From: the human T2T-CHM13v2.0 reference genome, Homo sapiens
Assembly: GCF_009914755.1 (NCBI RefSeq)
Contig: NC_060928.1
DNA: 64,000 bases
Reading direction: 5' to 3' (one strand)
The notes beneath the pieces were generated by a model, which worked only from the letters and a program-made list of their open reading frames with translations, was not told the origin of the DNA and ran no database searches. The position numbers were made by a program, and so were the translations under genes. Positions 57,026 to 64,000 of the stretch are shown here, piece after piece. Every line of letters starts with the position of its first letter. The stretch's first letter is position 1.

Positions 57026-58427
57026 TGAGCCCATAAACTGCCACAGGGATAAGGATGGTAAATGTGCCCCAAACATTTTCAAGGAAGTTTTTATTCTAAA
57101 ATGTTATTCATAATTTCAAATAGTAATTATGAAGGAAATGCAAGCACGAGTCTGTACACGAAGATAAGCAAATTCTTCATGTTTTTGTCCAGGAGATCCA
57201 GACTTCGATATTTTCATTAGTGAAACTATCACCCAGAAGATGTAACCCTTACCCTTATTTTTTCACTCTGCATAACAGCTAACAAACATTGTGAGGCAAA
57301 GGAAAGGGCACAGATATTACCTTTGCTATTTTGATAACCCAAATGACTTCAAACCTGGGTTTGAATAAATGCCCCTGTGGTATTTACTTTATCGTTTAGT
57401 TCAGTAAGAAAAATTCATAACTCTAAAATGCCCTTTATATCACAGCATCAGCTCACAGGCACCCACAAAAAAATAGAATTTCACTTACAATTGACATCTA
57501 CTTTGCTAGATTTGCCCTTCTCCTCATCATTCCATTTTCCCCTGGAGAAACAGAAAGCACAAAACTAGGTTCACACTGAAAACTATAGGAAAGAGAAATC
57601 TTTAGATAGAAAAAAAAATGAATGCCTCTACTTTTAGTTCCTGAAAGGCATAAGATTTTTCTGAAATTAAACAGCATTGGCCTTGCCAATTTAAGATTTT
57701 CTCTGTTGAGACACTAATATCCATTAACATGTACCCTTGATGTATGAGGTTTCCTCTTCATTTATCCTTTTTAAAATGAGCTTTTGTGGGAGGAAAAGAT
57801 CTGAAAACTCATCCTGTGACTACTCCGCTCCTGAGGGAATAACCTTGAGAGTCAGATTTCAAAATCCTTTCATAGGAGGTATGGCTGATGGACAGTATTA
57901 CTTGAGTTCCTTGGAAATGATTTTCACTGAAATGGTTGCCAAGGACTTCCACCTGGCTTGCACTGAATTATTATATTACATTGTGGGCATTTTTGAGATT
58001 TTCATTTCTTCAGAGAAAAAGAGTGATTAGGAAAAAGTTGAATCATAACAAGGAGCAAATATCGATTTTTTAAAGTTTGTTTTCCAGATGTTTTGCGCCA
58101 TTCTTGACCTAAGTATTTCCTAATGTACTGAGTTCTTGTCTTTTCTAAGTATCCTCTCCCATTAGAAATGGCACTGTGTTAGAAACAGTCTCTATCAAGA
58201 TTCCCAAACTGAGACACTTAATAAAGGTTAAATCAAGAATTTACTCTCAATGATGAAAAGAAAAGAGAAACAGAAAAATACAGAAAATCTCAACCTAAAT
58301 TAGTTAAAAGCTTCCTGTAGCCACAGAATAATTGAATTTCAAGTCATAGAACAAATATCTGGAAAGACAGCAATTAAAGCAAGTCTACAAAAACCCAACT
58401 GGTATACTCAGAAGATGGGCCACAAGA

Positions 58428-58998
58428 GCATTGCATTGTGTTTTTTAGTTGTTGTTGTTTTGTTTTGTTTTTTGAGACGGAGTCTTGCTCTGTCGCCCAC
58501 GCTGGAGTGCAGTGGCGTGATCTCAGCTCACTGCAACCTCCGCCTTCTGGTTCACGCCATTCTCCTGCCTCAGCATCCCGAGTAGCTGGGACTACAGGTG
58601 CCCGCTACCACGCTTGGCTAATTTTGTTGTATTTTTAGTACAGACGGGGTTTCACCATGTTAGCCAGGATGGTCTCGATCTCCTGACCTCGTGATCTGCC
58701 CGCCTTGGCCTCCCAAAGTGCTGGGATTACAGGTGCATTGTGGTTTTGATTTGCATTTCCCTAATCATCAGTGATGTCGAGCACTTTTTCATACGTTTGT
58801 TGACCATTTGTATGTCTTCTTTTGAGTATTATCTGTTCATGTCCTTAGCCCACTTTTTGATGGGATTGTTTGTTTTTTTCTTGCCAATGTGTTTGAGTTC
58901 GTTGTAGAATCTGGATATTTGTCCTTTGTCAGATGTATAGATTGTGAAGATTTTCTTTCACTCTGTGGGTTGTCTGTTTACTCTGCTGGCTGTTCCTT
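58428..58998 (-). mobile_element. Short internal L1PB ORF2 fragment, interrupted by an Alu
   Basis: gcattgtggttttgatttgcatttccctaatc...ctctgtgggttgtctgtttactctgctg. Confidence 0.85.
58441..58735 (-). mobile_element. AluY/Sc8-like, lacking ~18 nt at its 5' end
   Basis: gttcacgccattctcc...gttagccaggatggtctcgatc; target-site duplication tgcattgtg. Confidence 0.9.
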
Positions 58999-58999
58999 C

Positions 59000-59400
59000 A
59001 TTCAGCGATATTTAAAATCATGTTTTCATGTTTCCCTCCCAAAAAAATTCCACTAGAATTTTGCTTGGAATGGCATTCCACCTATCAATTAATTTGGAAG
59101 AAATGAGCATATTTACTGTCTTTTATTTTTAACAGTTCTTTTGAAAGTTATTCCTAAGTATTTATATTTATATTACTTGTTGAAGAGGATGAATTTTTTC
59201 ATTTTGCTTTCTATTTGGTTTTAGCAGATTTAAATGAATACAATTGATTTTTATATTTTCATTTTATATGTAAGTGGCTTATGGATGCCTCTATTAGTCC
59301 TGTGAGATTTTTCAGTGGAGTCTCTTGGGTTTTCTACATAGATTATTTTACTCTCTATGGATAATGAAAATCCCCTTGTCTTAATAACTGTACCTCTTAC
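59000..59400 (-). mobile_element. Ancient L1M ORF2 remnant
   Basis: tagaattttgcttggaatggcatt...aatttggaagaaatgagcat...ttattcctaagtattt. Confidence 0.55.
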
Positions 59401-59519
59401 TACAGCCCTAACTCATTGAAATTCTCCCTCTTTACGTTTTAGTGAGTCTATGCTTTCTATCTAGTCTGTTTCTCTCTCTCTTTTGTTACTCCTTGATCAG
59501 GTGAATTTTAGGCATATTC

Positions 59520-60030
59520 TAGACTTACTGTTGTGAGTCCCTCCATTACCCTGGTGAATATTCTCTTAACCTTTACCTGCAGTCCTGATCTTTCACTTAT
59601 GCCATAGACTCATATTTCCAGAAGTTTTAAGATATTGATACGTGGGTGTCCCATCACTTTCCCAAACCAAACACATTCATTATAGATTTCCTTTACCAAC
59701 TATCTTCGTTATGTTTGTTGACATCATTTCGTTTTTTCTCCTAGTCCAGATCCATTACTATTATAGTCAATTCCTCATTCTTCATCTACTCTGTCCAGCC
59801 TCACATAATGCCTGGACTTTATTCATTGTACATGCCTCTCAGATTTTTCATTCCCTTTATCCTCTCAAGGTTATGAGTCTAATGGATACCTCAGTGGGGA
59901 CCGGGCTGTCTCTCCTCCTACTTAAAACATCACTTTCAACCTGCTGCTCTCCTGCTCAAGGTCTACAATAGGTCTCTGCTTTCTCTAATATCAATCCCAA
60001 ACTCCTTTACCTATAAGGCCTTCTGCAGTC
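59520..60030 (+). mobile_element. Decayed LINE-2
   Basis: gactcatatttcca...cacttttcccaaacc-like segment; ctcctacttaaaac...caatcccaaactccttt. Confidence 0.45.
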
Positions 60031-60117
60031 TATATAAAATATGCAAATAATACCTGCCTTACAGGTTTGCGTGGGGTAATGAAGCACCTTGCAAGAAGAC
60101 TCCTTCATTAAATGCTT

Positions 60118-60925
60118 CTTTTTTAACTTTTAGTTTAAGTGCAGGTTTGTTACATAGGTAAACTTGTGTCATGGGGATTTGTTATACAGATTATTTCCTC
60201 ACCTAGATATTAAGCAAGCATAGTACCCATTAGTTATTTTTCCTGATTCTTTCCCTCCTCCTACCCTCCACCCTTCAAAAGGTCCCAGTGTGTATTGTTC
60301 CCCTCTATGTGTCCATGTATTCTCATCATTTAGCTCCCACTTGTAAGTGAGGACATGCAGTATTTAGTTTTCTGTTCCTGTGTTAGTTTGCTAAGAATAA
60401 CGGCCTCCAGCTCCATCCCTGTTGCTGCAAAGGACATGATGTTTTTCCTTTTTATGGCTGCATAGTATTCCATGGTGTACTTGTACCACATTTTCTTTAT
60501 CCAGTCCATCACTGATGCGCACTTGGGTTGATTCCATGTTTTTGCTATTGTGAATAGTGCTGCAATGAATATACATGTGCATGTGTCTTTATAATAGAAT
60601 GATTTCTATTCCTTTGGGTATATACACAATAATGAGATTGCTGGGTCGAATGGTATTTATTCTGTCTTTAGGTCTTTGAGGAATCACCACACTGTCTTCC
60701 ACAATGGCTAAACTAATTTACGCTCACACCAACAGTGTATAAGTGTTCCTTTTTCTCATAACCTAGCAAGCATCTGTGATGTTTTGACTTTTTACTAATA
60801 GCCATTCTGACTGGTGTGAGATGGTGTTTCATTGTGGTTTTGATTTGCATTTCTCTAATGATCAGTGATATTGAGCTTTCTTAAATGATTGCTGGCCACA
60901 TGTATGTCTTCTTTTGAAAGTTGTC
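60118..60925 (-). mobile_element. L1PA13-16-type 3' end
   Basis: gtgcaggtttgttacataggtaaacttgtgtcatgggg; ORF 60330..60512 is the ORF2 tail ([10 protein letters not shown]...LSKLTQEQKTKY). Confidence 0.88.
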
Positions 60926-61084
60926 CATTTCTTAAAAAAAAAAAAAAAAAATCCTACTTTTCCTGTCACCGATCCCTCACATTACAGTTTCCATGGCTTT
61001 GCTTATTTAATCCTTCTCTACTGGCTGCTGACCATCACCAGCTGCCAAGAGTCTCTTGCCTTTTTTGAACACACACTTGAAGAA

Positions 61085-61391
<307 letters not shown>

Positions 61392-61770
61392 TAAAAAGAC
61401 TCTTTATTCTTCAAGGCCACTTTCTTCTTGAGCATTCCTAAGTCACTGTAGCCCACATGGACTTTTATTAATTCCAATTCTCATTGAACCACAGAACAAA
61501 TATATTATTTTTTTCAAATTATTTCACGTTTTCATTTTGTTTTCTTGGCCATTTAAAGCATAATATGTTCTCAATAAGTTATATTCACAATCATTACAGT
61601 TATTATTGAAGATCATTCCTTATGCCTCTTTTGCATTCTTTTATCCCTCATAGTACTTAACAGAGTGCAACAAGTAATAATGGGCTAATATCTTAATTTT
61701 ATTCACTTGTTTTCACTTCTCTTTGTTTAATAGTGAAAATTTAAATGCTGTACCAAACTTTTCAACCTTA

Positions 61771-61918
61771 ATTTGTTTTCATAATAATAATCAATGGCAA
61801 TTTATTGATCATTTATTAATATTTATTTTCACAATAATAATCAATGGCAATTTATTGACCATTTATTATTATTTATTTTCATAATAATAATCAAAGGCAA
61901 TTTATTGATATCATTAAT
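61771..61918. repeat. 50-bp AT-rich tandem repeat, 3 copies
   Basis: Units begin at 61771, 61821 and 61871: atttattttcataataataatcaatggcaatttattgatcatttattaat. Confidence 0.95.
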
Positions 61919-62110
61919 ATGCTTGCACACATTTAAAACTCTCAATCTATAAATTTATAAAGTAACGTTATTATTTGCATTTAATAAGTGAGAAAACTGA
62001 GCAGCAGAGGTGTAAGACAATTGCTCAGGATCACACAGCTAGTTAATGTTAGAGCTGGGACCAAGAACTGTCTCCAAAGCTATTGGCCTTGATCACTCTC
62101 CTGTACTGCT
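61880..62110 (-). mobile_element. MIR SINE
   Basis: gtgagaaaactgagcagcagaggtgtaagacaattgctcaggatcacacagctagttaatgttagagctggga. Confidence 0.8.
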
Positions 62111-62714
62111 TTAATACAATAATTTACAGGTATAACACAAGTTTTATTTTATAACAGTGTTCAACAGAACCACATAAATTTTAAAACAGATATAGAATTG
62201 CTTCTTCATGAATCTTGCTAAGATACAAACTTTTTAAACACAGAAAAAGGCACTGTATTATTATAAGATAGAGTAGAAAGGTTATGTGATATAATGTATT
62301 TGATAGATTCATAAAAGTGAGTTTATAACTATTAAATTCATTATTAAATTCATTTGTCTGCCACTGTGAGGAGTTTGATGAATGGTAATTACTTTTATAA
62401 AAGTACAAAAGTTCCCTCTTCCACTGTTCTTGGCACCATTCTTTTTGAAAGCACTCTTCCCTTACTGCATCTCTTCCCGTTATTCACTCATCACCATTGT
62501 CCCTTGCCTTGGGGTTGCACTTTTAATCTTGGTATGAATGTGCTCATTTCTACATTTCTGCACAAAGGAAAAATTATTTCCTAAGAAGAGAAGAGACTTT
62601 TCATTCTTCATTCCAATTCTGAAACCAACACTAATTGAGCCAGTGTCCCAGCTCAACTTCTGAAGGGGAAAGCACAGTCAAACACAAACTGTCTCTGAGG
62701 TCCATCTTGTGCAG

Positions 62715-63197
62715 AAGAACTATAAGGGAGAAAAAACATTTTTTTTCCTCCACCTTCATGAGTCCTTAGTTGTAACAGACCCCTGTAACAAAAGACAGAT
62801 TAACAAGAGAAAAACAAACAGAAATTTACTAACACATTTATTTAATACATACATGGAGAGGCCCAGGGAATGAATACTTCTCAAAAAAGTAGCCTTGAAT
62901 TTCAGCTTATACAACATCTTCAGTAAAAAAACTACAAATTTTTAAAGAGATCACAAGACAAAGGAAAATAACTTTGAGTCTTCAGGGGCAGCAACTTGTG
63001 CAAAGGCAAATAAACTATACCTGGTAGTAGGCAGGAGTAGAGGGATACCTTTTGCCTTTGTAAATTTATGCCCTGTTAGGCAAATAGACGGAGAGCAGAG
63101 AGCTTTCCTGCATCTGCTTCTTTATTACCTTCAGCTCAAAACAATCCTTATGCCAAAAGGGTCTATTTTGGAGTGGCGTCTAATGGTGTCCCGTGCT
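62715..63197 (-). mobile_element. MER34-type ERV1 LTR
   Basis: cccctgtaacaaaagacagattaacaagagaaaaac...cttcagctcaaaacaatccttatgccaaa. Confidence 0.65.
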
Positions 63198-63618
63198 ATC
63201 AAGGGTTTTGACTCACTTAAGAAATACTTTCTGCACTCATTCCAAGCACTCTGCTAGGGGCCAACGATGCAAAAAAAAATGAGTAAACATACTTCTTCCT
63301 CTCAAGAAATTCCTCTGCTGAGTAGTCTTTTATGTGCAGGCCAGAGAAGCGGATGGAATATGTTTAGAATTCCTTTTTTACTTTTTCTATGTTGTATTTT
63401 GATTCTGTGTGTTTTGCATGTTTTCAGTCTTTTGACTCTTGAAAGCAAAGATGCTGATTGTGAATTCACTCTGTAGTATTTGTACAGTGGCCAGATGCAG
63501 AAACAAAATAATTAAAGTTTTTCAAAGTCCTTGATGAATTTCATCTTAAAAATACACATAAATACATGCATGCATACATACATACAATACACACACCAAG
63601 CACAAAATATTTTATTTT

Positions 63619-63918
63619 ATAATTTTTTATTTTTTTATTTTTTGAAATGAAATCTTGCTTTGTCACCCAGGCTGGAGTGCAGTGGCATAATCTCAGCTCA
63701 CTCCATCTCCCAGGTTCAAATGATTCTCCTGCCTCAGCCTCCCGAGTAGCTGGGATTACAGGCACGTGCCACCACGCCCAGCTAATTTTTGTATTTTTAG
63801 TACAGACGGGGTTTCACCATGTTGGTCAGGCTGATCTCGAACTTCTGACCTCAGGTGATCCACCTGCCTCAGCCTCCCAAACTGCTGGGATTATAGGCAT
63901 GAGCCACTGCACTCGGCC
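63619..63918 (-). mobile_element. AluSx-type
   Basis: gacctcaggtgatccacc; target-site duplication acaaa(a/g)tattttatttt at 63602-63618 and 63919-63935. Confidence 0.9.
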
Positions 63919-64000
63919 ACAAAGTATTTTATTTTAAATTGAGGAAAAAAATAATAAAGCAAATGATGATTCCTGAAAAACACAAGGGAAACATATGGAG

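Noticed and set aside
57253-57360. Two minus-strand micro-exon candidates
   Set aside because: The implied intron between them would be only ~50 nt and the peptides are unrecognisable
57737-58030. 97-aa ORF in non-repeat DNA
   Set aside because: No recognisable homology, promoter or splice context; this length is expected by chance

Overview
Primate genomic DNA, almost certainly human: an AluYa5 with all five diagnostic bases is present. The window is AT-rich and mostly made of transposable elements: L1 of many ages (a full-length L1PA5-type, a 5'-inverted L1PA3-type, several L1PB/L1MA/L1M pieces), L2, MIR, six Alus, MaLR/ERVL/ERV1 LTR elements, and Tigger and Charlie DNA transposons. I recognise no host protein-coding exon, RNA gene or CpG island. 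The long ORFs are TE remnants (L1 ORF1/ORF2/ORF0, HERV-L integrase-dUTPase) or low-complexity artefacts. I found no convincing novel biological system. The most notable structure is a ~5 kb block (7506-12530) bounded by two unexplained junctions, which suggests an old rearrangement. Other points of interest are two twin-priming L1 inversions, a young and possibly polymorphic AluYa5, an ORF0/antisense-promoter module with a splice donor upstream of its stop, and tandem repeats born from TE tails. Subfamily names come from recalled consensus sequences, not from a search, and boundaries of old elements are approximate.
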